NCBI GenBank assembly: GCA_964619725.1
Contig: CAZUFC010000161.1
Coordinates: forward strand, 1 to 16,968
Source: an uncultured bacterium
GTDB lineage: Bacteria > CSSED10-310 > CAZUFC01
Direction of reading: 5' to 3'
DNA length: 16,968 nucleotides
Both the position numbers and the translations under genes were made by a program. The notes beneath the pieces were generated by a model. It did not search any database. It saw nothing but the letters and a program-made list of their open reading frames with translations, and was not told where the DNA came from. Below, in pieces: positions 8,285-16,722 of this stretch (its first letter is position 1; each line of letters starts with the position of its first letter).

Positions 8285-10405
8285 TTAATGAGAAGATAGG
8301 TGTTTCCGCGGATTCGGGAGTTGAGCTCCGAGCGTTACGGTTAATATGACGATCAGTAGAGCGATTCCGGCGGCGTCTGAAGCGGGTACGGCGGCGGGTG
8401 TGGGTATGGTAGTAGGAGTCGGAGCAGGTGTAGGCGTGGTTGACGGTCTTAATCTAACGGTGCGGAAACCTATGGTGTGATCGCTGTATTGGGGTGAAAT
8501 GGAGTTTCTGAAAGCAGAGCGACAAATCATGGGAACATCGAACCAGCAGCCGCCGCGATAGATTTTATCCATGCCGGATTCGGGACCGGCGGGATCGACG
8601 ACAGGGCCCGGAGGATATGAGTCTAGCCAGTCCCAGACCCATTCCCATATATTTCCGTGCATATCATGCAGCAGCCAGTTGTTTTCCTGTTTCTGCATGA
8701 CGTCATGCGTTTGATCATCGGAATTGATCGTGTACCAGGCCAGGGGTGAGAGGTTGGCGTCGTATTCGTAGCAGGAGAGGTTGTCCAGTCCGTTGTTATA
8801 GGCAGTAGTTGTTCCGGCGCGACAAGCATATTCCCATTCTGATTCTGTAGGCAGCCGGTAACCCCCGGCATCCGTTTTCCAGTAGACTGTTCCTTCGGTC
8901 ACGGGGGGAATCCCGTCAAAGACCGTAGTGAATTCTGCATCTTCGTAATAACAGGGAGTTAAACTTTCGTTTTGGCTTATTCTGTTGCAGTAGATCACGG
9001 CATCATACCAGGTGATTCTCTCCACCGGTCTGTTATTGCCGGGAAAATAAGAAGGATTGTTTCCGAAGACGGACTGCCATTCAGCCTGCGTAACCTCGCA
9101 TTTTTTCATAAAAAAATCATTAGTCAGTATAACTTCATGAAGCGTTTCATTGTCGACGCGACACATCTCATCAACAGGTGAACCCATCATGTATTCGCCG
9201 GCGGGAATAATGACGTATCCTTCCGGCGTATAAGGCGTTTTTGTCGGAGTGGGAGAAGGTGAAGCCGATGTCGGCGCGGATGAAGGGGTGAATGTGGGCG
9301 TCGGCAGAGCGGCCTGCCATTGCAGGAAGGGATAATCAGCGCCCTCGTAAACGGCCCAGACAGCGCTGAAGTCCCACTGATCCAGCGGCGGATGGGCGCT
9401 GAAGTAAAAATAATCCGGTTCAGTATTGCTTGGATTAACTCCTGTGCAATCTGCTGTTCCCCCGTATTCGCTGACTCCGGCGCATTCCGTTTGCGTGGAT
9501 ATGTAGACATCCCAGCAGCAATTTGATACTAGCGCCCAGTTCCTGCCGATGATGCCGCCGGCCTGATTCGTGCTCCCCGTTATGGCGGACGCTGCGAAAC
9601 AGTTGTTAATCGAGGAATCATAATAGGACTGTCCTGCTATTCCCCCGATTCCATTCGCGCTTTCGTCGACGGTTACGCTTCCGATAGCGTAACAATCGGT
9701 TATTGTTCCCACGTTTTGACCTGTAAAACCGCCGAACGCCTGGCCTCCGCCTGCGGTTAAATCAACGTCTGCGTAACAATCGTTTATCGTGCCGTTGTTA
9801 ATCCCTGCCAGGCCGCCTGCGTAATTTCCAAAAAGGAGCAGAGAGAGTTCATCTGACGATCTCACGTCGCCTGTTACAAAACAATTGGAAATCGTTCCCC
9901 CATGACCGAAATCGCTTCTGCCGACCAAACCGCCGACATGGCTTCCGCCGGATATGTCGACGTCCGTCAGACCGACTCGACTGATCGTCGGGTCATGAAC
10001 AGAACCGAATAAACCTATGTCCTGTCTCGGCGCATGTATCCAAATGTATCCGTTCCATTCAGAATGCGTTCGATTGATATAAAGGTCCGATATGACGTGC
10101 TCGCCGCCGTCGAATACCCCGGTAAAACTGGCCGTGCTGGAATGACCGATCGGATCGAATCCCCGGTATTCTTCCCAGGTAATGTCCCAGTTCCAACCTG
10201 TGGTTTCAGAGCAATCAATATCGTTCATCAGCTCATAACAAGCCGACAGATCGTCCTCCATCTCCTGTAATTGAACGCATGACGTGATCTGGTAAGGATC
10301 CGACGGCGTGCCTGAACCTTCGCCGCTGAACGAAAGCGCCCTGAATGACGCTGATGCCGTAAAAATACATAATAAAATGACGGTTGAAATGCCTCTCATG
10401 GTCAA
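8285..10405 (-). CDS. Secreted surface protein: GLUG-repeat beta-helix, PT linker, FGE-sulfatase-fold (SUMF1/EgtB/PvdO family) domain, PT linker and C-terminal sorting tail
   Basis: Signal peptide; GSGTPSDPYQIT and VGGLVG/AGGLAG/IGGIAG repeats; FGE motifs IPAGEYMMGS, EVTQAEW, PVERITWYDA, YRLPTESEWEYACRAG, DMHGNIWEW and GFR; tail VPASDAAG + hydrophobic helix + RK. AAGGAGGT lies 5 nt before TTG 10405 (alternative start ATG 10399). Confidence 0.88.
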   Translation of the reverse strand: MTMRGISTVILLCIFTASASFRALSFSGEGSGTPSDPYQITSCVQLQEMEDDLSACYELMNDIDCSETTGWNWDITWEEYRGFDPIGHSSTASFTGVFDGGEHVISDLYINRTHSEWNGYIWIHAPRQDIGLFGSVHDPTISRVGLTDVDISGGSHVGGLVGRSDFGHGGTISNCFVTGDVRSSDELSLLLFGNYAGGLAGINNGTINDCYADVDLTAGGGQAFGGFTGQNVGTITDCYAIGSVTVDESANGIGGIAGQSYYDSSINNCFAASAITGSTNQAGGIIGRNWALVSNCCWDVYISTQTECAGVSEYGGTADCTGVNPSNTEPDYFYFSAHPPLDQWDFSAVWAVYEGADYPFLQWQAALPTPTFTPSSAPTSASPSPTPTKTPYTPEGYVIIPAGEYMMGSPVDEMCRVDNETLHEVILTNDFFMKKCEVTQAEWQSVFGNNPSYFPGNNRPVERITWYDAVIYCNRISQNESLTPCYYEDAEFTTVFDGIPPVTEGTVYWKTDAGGYRLPTESEWEYACRAGTTTAYNNGLDNLSCYEYDANLSPLAWYTINSDDQTHDVMQKQENNWLLHDMHGNIWEWVWDWLDSYPPGPVVDPAGPESGMDKIYRGGCWFDVPMICRSAFRNSISPQYSDHTIGFRTVRLRPSTTPTPAPTPTTIPTPAAVPASDAAGIALLIVILTVTLGAQLPNPRKHLSSH

Positions 10406-10509
10406 CGTTAACCTCCTTATTCAGAATATGTTTTAAGCTTTGTTAATTTGCGATTATGCTGAGCAGACAACAGCAATTTTTTTCTCTCCTACATCACTTT
10501 GCTACATCC

Positions 10510-10652
10510 GGCATTGATCAAAAATGCGTCTTTTGAGGTTACAATTCGACAGAATATTTCATCATTTCGTTTCGATTGCGATCCCGATCCCGATTACTGA
10601 AAAAAACTGTCAAACATCTTGAAAGAAGTGTAACCACGGTTTTATCAGTCCC
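10510..10652 (+). mobile_element. MITE copy C (143 bp, 4 hexamer units) with a decayed TSD
   Basis: Ends are GGCATTGATCAAA and TTTTATCAGTCCC. Flanks CTACATCC and CTGAATCC match at 6/8. Colinear with copies A and E. Confidence 0.85.
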
Positions 10653-10666
10653 CTGAATCCTTATGC

Positions 10667-10727
10667 AAAAAAGACATGCAACCCCTCATCGTTGCCTTCG
10701 TCTGATCTGTCCCTTCTTTTGCATGTC
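10667..10727 (-). terminator. Possible intrinsic terminator for the beta-helix gene
   Basis: Minus strand has GACATGCAA...TTGCATGTC (9-bp stem, long structured loop) followed immediately by TTTTTT, 50 nt after the stop at 10777. The loop is unusually long. Confidence 0.3.
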
Positions 10728-10776
10728 CTGATGTTAACGTTTCTTTAATGTTCGCTGTGCAGCCCATGCTTCTTAA

Positions 10777-12378
10777 TTAAATCCTGGACTTCCGAAAATG
10801 TATAATACCGCTGAAAACAAGCATAAGAAAAATAAGAGCGCAAGATGAAAATGCAGGAACGGTCCGTGCGGGAGGATTAAAATAGTGCGCGCCCATATCA
10901 ACCTGTCCTGTATCTCTGTCGCCGAACGTATGCGTCGTTAAATCGCTCATGCAAATGTCGCCTTCCGGCATGGAGCAGGAAATGTTTTCGGCTAGGTCAT
11001 TGCCTGCGTTCAAACAGGGGCTGAAAGGTTCAGGTCCGTTTTCAGATTGGTACAAGTAATAATCTCCGTCAACTCCTCCAAGAAACGATGGATTCGCGTC
11101 TATCATTCCGTCGCCCCAATTCAGAGTGCATGACGGTTCGGTATAGGCGCCGCTTAATCCGCCCTCGACATTGCTGTAACTTATAGAAAGCTCAGTCACG
11201 TAACCGTATCGTTCTTTTATGCCGATTTCGTTTCCCTGGGCTGCAGAATTGCCCCACAAGATACAATTGATGATGTTGGGGTTCGAGTCGGTGACGCTGC
11301 CTACTCCGCCGGCGATATCAGCGGCAGAGTTACCCGTTAGCGTACAGTTAATTATGGCGGGAAGTCCCTGGTACATGAAGATACCGCCACCGTCGCCTCC
11401 TGATGTGTTTTCGAAAATGCAACAGTTTATAATTTCAGGAGAGGCGCCGGAACAGTGTATTCCTCCGGACCACCCTGTAGCGTAGTTTCCAAAAATAGAA
11501 CAGTTGAAGATCGTCGTATTATCCGAGGAGTAGTCTGCGATGCCGCCGCCGCAGCAGGATACCCAGTTTCCGGTTATGGTGCAATCTCTTATGAGAAGCG
11601 AAACGCCATTGGAGTCGATCCCTCCTCCCCAACCTTCGTATGCGCTGTTGCCGGTTATGGTGCAATGGCTTATCACGGGCCTGGTCTTACACATTTCCTC
11701 CGCACCCGCTATTCCTCCTCCCGATACGCTCGTGTTGTTCGATACCGTGCAATTATAGAGCACGGCCGAACCTGCTATGCATACGCCGCCGCCGATCCCA
11801 GCTTCATTCTCCGTTATAATGCTGTCGGTTATCAGGCAGGTATCCGTGCAATAGATTCCGCCGCCGACAGAATAATCATGATCCCTGTTTTCCGAAATGA
11901 TACAGTTTATCATCTTCGTGGAACCGCCGCAGTATGCCGCTCCGCCCAGTCCGCTTGAAGAAAACAATGTGTTGTCTGTAATTGTGCAGTTGTCGATGGT
12001 CGGCGAAGAAATCGAAAATATGCCCGCGCCGTTTTCGTCGACTCCTGATAGATAACCGTTTTTTATTGTGAAACCTCGAAGTACGGCCGCCTCGTCCTCA
12101 CCGCTTTGAAAAATAAAACCCCGTCCGCCGTTTTCACAATCTATTACGCAATCGGCAGGGCCGCTTTCAGACTCGACCACGATGGATTTTCCCCCGTAAT
12201 CCAGGTTACGGTTGTTCCCTCCACTATAAGTTCCATCGGCAACCAGTACGGTATCCCCGGATAATGCAGCATCTATCGCCTCCCGGATGCTGCCGTACGT
12301 CCCCGGGACATGAAGCACATCTGCATTCGCCGTCGCTAAAAACGACGACAAAACCAGCAAAATAAATATTTTTCCCAT
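10777..12378 (-). CDS. Secreted right-handed parallel beta-helix (pectin-lyase-like / Pmp-type GGGI repeat) surface protein with a C-terminal sorting tail
   Basis: Signal peptide ending ANA|D; VPGTYGSIREAIDAA...GDTVLVADGTY; many NCTITGN...GGGI repeats; SPCLNAG and VDMGAHY; tail VPAFS + hydrophobic helix + RKSR. RBS AAGGAGGAG at 12381-12389. Confidence 0.88.
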   Translation of the reverse strand: MGKIFILLVLSSFLATANADVLHVPGTYGSIREAIDAALSGDTVLVADGTYSGGNNRNLDYGGKSIVVESESGPADCVIDCENGGRGFIFQSGEDEAAVLRGFTIKNGYLSGVDENGAGIFSISSPTIDNCTITDNTLFSSSGLGGAAYCGGSTKMINCIISENRDHDYSVGGGIYCTDTCLITDSIITENEAGIGGGVCIAGSAVLYNCTVSNNTSVSGGGIAGAEEMCKTRPVISHCTITGNSAYEGWGGGIDSNGVSLLIRDCTITGNWVSCCGGGIADYSSDNTTIFNCSIFGNYATGWSGGIHCSGASPEIINCCIFENTSGGDGGGIFMYQGLPAIINCTLTGNSAADIAGGVGSVTDSNPNIINCILWGNSAAQGNEIGIKERYGYVTELSISYSNVEGGLSGAYTEPSCTLNWGDGMIDANPSFLGGVDGDYYLYQSENGPEPFSPCLNAGNDLAENISCSMPEGDICMSDLTTHTFGDRDTGQVDMGAHYFNPPARTVPAFSSCALIFLMLVFSGIIHFRKSRI

Positions 12379-12511
12379 GACTCCTCCTTCATTAAATTAA
12401 TGTCCATTCAGATTCCATTGTTTTTTTAACTGCTTTGATTTAATAAGTCAAATTTAGGCCCTAACCGGAACGGAAGCACGTTTTAATATTGCTCCTCCCA
12501 TATTAATTTCA

Positions 12512-12894
12512 GGGACTTACCAGACCGGGGTTACACTTCTTTCAAAACTTTTTACAGTTTGTTCAGTAATCGGTATAGGAATCGGGGTCGGGGTTGTTAT
12601 GTTTCGCGGCCAATGGCTGAAAAAATCCATTCCGGTTGCAGGATAACCGGCAGAAGTCCTGCAGGTTTCCAAACGATTACCTCGTGTTAAAATTTGAATT
12701 TGATGTATAGAACCGAAAAGCGAAACAGAACGCAACCCTGAGTCAGACAAGATAAATGAAAGCTATGTAGGACCGCAGTAACCGCCCGTTTTGGCGGATA
12801 TAACAGCGCAATGGAAAAGCAGAGCTGTTCGGAAATACTCCGAATCAAGCAAGCAAAAATTTCAACCTCGAAATGTGAAGGGTTAATCAATGCC
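12512..12894 (-). mobile_element. MITE copy D: right half clear (12512-12598); probably a longer 383-bp variant ending at a diverged left end at 12894
   Basis: + strand GGGACTTACCAGACCGGGGTTACACTTCTTTCAAAA...CAGTAATCGGTATAGGAATCGGGGTCGGG is the reverse complement of the MITE right half. AACCTC-N25 ending TTAATCAATGCC (12864-12894) has the same spacing as the left end of copy B. Confidence 0.65.
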
Positions 12895-13077
12895 GTAAAT
12901 CCGGTAAAATTACCCCCATGTCATTTCGCTCCTGGCTTGAAAAAAGAGCCGGCGTTTTATAGAATTTTACCTTGAGAGAGCAGCTAATACGCGATAACGA
13001 CTAAAAGGAGGTATCGTGATGAAAACTGAAACCGCAGAGCTTGTCCAGCATCGAAATTTGAATGGGGAATCAAGTTT

Positions 13078-13938
13078 ATGGACAAGCGATATTTAACGGT
13101 TTTACTGCTGACGCTGCTCGTTTGTTTTCTTTTCGCCTTTTGTTTTTATCTGTTCTGGTACAACGGGGATCGAATCACGAACTGCAGAAGCTACAAAGAC
13201 AGCAGCATCAGAGCCTATGTAAAAAAGACCCTGCCACTCGTCGGAGGATACGTTCTGACGATATTTGAAAAACAAATTACCGCGTCAGGAGAAAGATTGC
13301 GAAAGTATAAGTATGACATAGACTTCTTTTCGGGCATGGGTCGACTGATCAGTCTGGGATTCTTTCCGGATGAAGATAATTTTATGCTCAGGCACAAACT
13401 ACCGTCCGATAAACCGTTGCATTACAGAGTGAAATTTTATGATAAATCGGGACTTGTTCTGGAATTGCCCGAAGTGCTGTGGGGTGACTGGAGCTTGTAC
13501 GATGCGCAGCATGTGATTTTCAACGAAAAGGCGCATTGGGGGCATTATTTTTTCTGCGGCGCTCATGTTTCATTCAGAATGTCGAAAATACTGGTTTTAA
13601 ATATTCCCGAAGAAGATATTCCGGCCGGCTGGCGGGCAGCAGTGAAAAACAATTTTTGCAGACCGGCGACTCCGACCGCCGAAGCCTCGAAAGTGGGTGG
13701 TTATGAAGTTTACAATTATCTGATTTTAAACGGTTTACCCATCAATTTGCTGGATAATTACGTCAGGGGCGGCGGATATTACGAAATGCTGCACGATCGT
13801 CTTACACTGGAAGGTTTCCGGTTGGATGTGCAATTCCCGGGAGAATACGATTCCGACAGGAGAAAAATGGAGGCTCATGTTTTCGAGTTAATCCCGGGAG
13901 CGACCCTTATTCCAAAGACCATACATTGCTGTAATTGA
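13078..13938 (+). CDS. Hypothetical protein with an N-terminal membrane anchor
   Basis: 286-aa ORF starting MDKRY followed by a ~21-aa hydrophobic segment. No recognised domain. Lies directly upstream of, and co-oriented with, the FGE-fold gene. Confidence 0.65.
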   Translation: MDKRYLTVLLLTLLVCFLFAFCFYLFWYNGDRITNCRSYKDSSIRAYVKKTLPLVGGYVLTIFEKQITASGERLRKYKYDIDFFSGMGRLISLGFFPDEDNFMLRHKLPSDKPLHYRVKFYDKSGLVLELPEVLWGDWSLYDAQHVIFNEKAHWGHYFFCGAHVSFRMSKILVLNIPEEDIPAGWRAAVKNNFCRPATPTAEASKVGGYEVYNYLILNGLPINLLDNYVRGGGYYEMLHDRLTLEGFRLDVQFPGEYDSDRRKMEAHVFELIPGATLIPKTIHCCN

Positions 13939-14013
13939 GACGTTACGATGAATAGTCATCATTGCGCATATTTATCTGGTGAAAAAGGAAACGATTACGA
14001 ATCAGCGAGCGGA

Positions 14014-16722
14014 ATGAAGTACAGGTTGCCGCTAACGCTGCTGCTGTACCTGTACGCCGGACTCTTTATTATTCTTCAACTTTCAACTGCTTCACGGCAA
14101 TTCCCGATTACCCCGCAGAAGGACGTTTTTCATAAAAGCAAATCCTCAATGGAATCGAATGCCGATGTAAAAATTACATCTTCCATGGAGCGCTCCGGGG
14201 AATCTTATCAGGCCGAACGAAATCCAGGCGTAAGGATTACGAAGCCAATGGCGGGCAGCATAATTGAGGCTGAATTTTTGGAAGTGAAATTGAGCGGAAA
14301 TGCAAAGAAAGGAGAAATAAGCAAGTATCGTTGCGCCGTCAATGATCCGGATAAGTACAGAGAGGCGACCGGTAATGTTTTTTACTTCATTGTTCCGGAC
14401 GGAAATCTTAAAATATACGCTCAAGTCGTCGACGAGAGCGGCAATTCTTCAGATTGGGTCATGACGGAAATTGATTTTCTGCATGACGGCGCGCTGCGCA
14501 ATGCATACACGCTTAATTCCATCGATTATCAAATGGTGGAGATCAAACCCGGCGAATTCTGCATGGGCGTCGCCGGCCATCGTCGTCCGGTAAGATTAAC
14601 GAAATCCTTCTACATAGGTTCTAAGGAAGTGACTTGTCGTCAATGGATTAAGGTTATGGGGCGGAAGCCCTATCCTGTCAGGGGTGACGATTATCCGATT
14701 GTCAACGTAAGCTGGTTACAGGCGTTGACATTTTGCAATAAACTGACGGAAGCGGAAGGATTAAAGCCCTATTATTATATACTGGGCGATTATGTTGATT
14801 TTGATCCCTCTGCTGATGGGTATCGTCTTCCCACTCAACACGAATGGGAACATGCCTGTCGCGCTGGAAACACAATGATTTTACGTCAGGAAGATTGGGA
14901 AAACCGGAAACCTCAATGCGGAAATTGCGTTGATCGTTCATCAGACGACGAAGCAGGGGAGAATGTTCAATCAGATGAAAGAGCTGAAATAATGCCGGTC
15001 GGATCATTCAGGCCGAATTCCTGGGGACTGTTCGACATGCGGGGAAATGTGGAGGAATGGTGCTGGGGAATGGATGACATGACATATATGGACGTAACGG
15101 CATACAATCCATGTCCCGTGAAAATCGATCCTGATGAGCCGGCCAAAGGAAAACGAAGCCTCAGAAAAGGCGGAAGCTTCCGTGCAGCAGATTATTATAA
15201 CGAACCTTGTGCGCGTGAAAAGCCTTCTGACATCCATTACTATAGTCCAAGCCTGGGATTTCGAATTGCCGGATCAATTATTAACGGAGGCGATTCAGAA
15301 CCGTCCCCGGAAGGAACGAAAAAAGCGCTGATACCGGAGATACAATCAGGGATTACGCCTGAAGGTATAAGACCGACTCTGGAATTCGTGAAGACGCCGG
15401 CTGCCAGACTGAACTTGAGAGAATCGCAATGCATCGAATTCAGGTACAAAGGCTACAGTCCCAGGGGTATGGCGGATTACAGACGGCGTATGGACGACGG
15501 AAGAATAGTGGAAACAATGCGTTCAATCGTCCAATTCAGCAACCTGGAAACCGGGGATCACATCTTTTCAGTAACGGGACAGGACAGCGCCGGCGTTTAT
15601 TCCAGGCCGATATCTTTTCATTTCAGTATATTCAACGCTCCTCCCGAAGCGATAATAATCAGGCCGGAAAAGAACCAGTTCGTTGAAGACGTCAGGCTGG
15701 AAGTAACAGTTTCCGGAATCGACGACGGCAATAAAATCGCAGCCTACAGATGCGCCCTTAATACGATGGAAGTCTATACGGAACAATCCACCGGAGTTTT
15801 TCATTTTAAGGCAGAAGATGGAGACAACGCCGTTTACGCTCAGGTCATAGACGATGCCGGGAACGAATCGCCGTGGACGTCATGCCGTATCAGGTTCAAA
15901 AATGCCGGGACCCCCGGCGGAATACATACGATCAGGTCAATAGTCTACGAAATGGCGAGGATCGATCCCGGTAAGTTTTTAATGGGCAGTCCGCCGGAAG
16001 AAACAGACAGGATGGCTGACGAGAAACAACACATGGTCGCCGTTACAACGCCTTTTTATATGGGAGTGACCGAGGTCGCGCAAGCTCAATGGATGACCAT
16101 TATGGAGGACAATCCGAGTTTTTTTGTAAAAGAGGAATATCCTGTGGACAGCGTGAGTTGGTCGAATGCCGTGAAATTCTGCAACAAACTTTCGGAAATA
16201 GAAGGACTGATTCCAGTCTATTCCATCTCCAGGGATAAAGTAATCTGGAACCAAAACGCCGACGGTTACAGACTTCCTACGGAGGCTGAATGGGAGTATT
16301 CCTGCCGCGCCGGCTCCAGCACAAAGTTCTGCTTCGGCGACGCGGAGAAAAAACTTCACAAATACGGAAATTACTGCAGCAAATCATGCGAATACAGATG
16401 GAAAAAAACAGAGTATGACGATGCGTATTACGGCGTATCTCCAGTTAAATCTTTCAAGCCGAACAAATGGGGACTGTTCGACATGCACGGAAACGTATGG
16501 GAATGGTGCTGGGATTGGAAAGGCCCCTATCCGTCCGGACCGGCTTCCGATCCCGTCGGCCCGCCGAAAGGTTTTTTCCGCATCAGAAGAGGAGGCAGTT
16601 GGTTCAACATGCCTGAACACTGTAGATCAGCATTTCGAGGAAGCCTGAAACCTGACGCCAGGTATTACATTCAAGGATTCCGCCTGGCAAAAAACGGGAC
16701 TGATCAAAAAAGCCTCTTTTGA
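14014..16722 (+). CDS. Exported protein with a tandem duplication of (Ig-like domain + FGE-sulfatase-fold domain), separated by a further Ig/Y_Y_Y-like domain
   Basis: The ORF opens at 13948, but ATG 14014 gives a proper signal/anchor (MKYRLPLTLLLYLYAGLFIIL). Two FGE domains (YRLPTQHEWEHACRAG/DMRGNVEEW and YRLPTEAEWEYSCRAG/DMHGNVWEW) are each preceded by a YRCA-N...YAQV-D--GN-S-W module. Confidence 0.85.
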   Translation: MKYRLPLTLLLYLYAGLFIILQLSTASRQFPITPQKDVFHKSKSSMESNADVKITSSMERSGESYQAERNPGVRITKPMAGSIIEAEFLEVKLSGNAKKGEISKYRCAVNDPDKYREATGNVFYFIVPDGNLKIYAQVVDESGNSSDWVMTEIDFLHDGALRNAYTLNSIDYQMVEIKPGEFCMGVAGHRRPVRLTKSFYIGSKEVTCRQWIKVMGRKPYPVRGDDYPIVNVSWLQALTFCNKLTEAEGLKPYYYILGDYVDFDPSADGYRLPTQHEWEHACRAGNTMILRQEDWENRKPQCGNCVDRSSDDEAGENVQSDERAEIMPVGSFRPNSWGLFDMRGNVEEWCWGMDDMTYMDVTAYNPCPVKIDPDEPAKGKRSLRKGGSFRAADYYNEPCAREKPSDIHYYSPSLGFRIAGSIINGGDSEPSPEGTKKALIPEIQSGITPEGIRPTLEFVKTPAARLNLRESQCIEFRYKGYSPRGMADYRRRMDDGRIVETMRSIVQFSNLETGDHIFSVTGQDSAGVYSRPISFHFSIFNAPPEAIIIRPEKNQFVEDVRLEVTVSGIDDGNKIAAYRCALNTMEVYTEQSTGVFHFKAEDGDNAVYAQVIDDAGNESPWTSCRIRFKNAGTPGGIHTIRSIVYEMARIDPGKFLMGSPPEETDRMADEKQHMVAVTTPFYMGVTEVAQAQWMTIMEDNPSFFVKEEYPVDSVSWSNAVKFCNKLSEIEGLIPVYSISRDKVIWNQNADGYRLPTEAEWEYSCRAGSSTKFCFGDAEKKLHKYGNYCSKSCEYRWKKTEYDDAYYGVSPVKSFKPNKWGLFDMHGNVWEWCWDWKGPYPSGPASDPVGPPKGFFRIRRGGSWFNMPEHCRSAFRGSLKPDARYYIQGFRLAKNGTDQKSLF

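Noticed and set aside
8390-9305. Periodic GGNGTN sequence at about 8390-8445 and 9225-9305
   Set aside because: Explained by Pro/Thr-rich protein linkers; not an independent DNA repeat.
12379-13077. DGR template repeat or reverse transcriptase in the largest intergenic gap
   Set aside because: No AAC-rich copy of any FGE C-terminus and no RT motifs were seen anywhere in the window. The FGE C-termini differ from each other at synonymous non-A positions, so they are not a TR/VR pair.
730-16648. Numerous 60-170 aa ORFs nested in or antisense to the long CDSs
   Set aside because: Shadow ORFs with no motifs or RBS that overlap well-supported genes.
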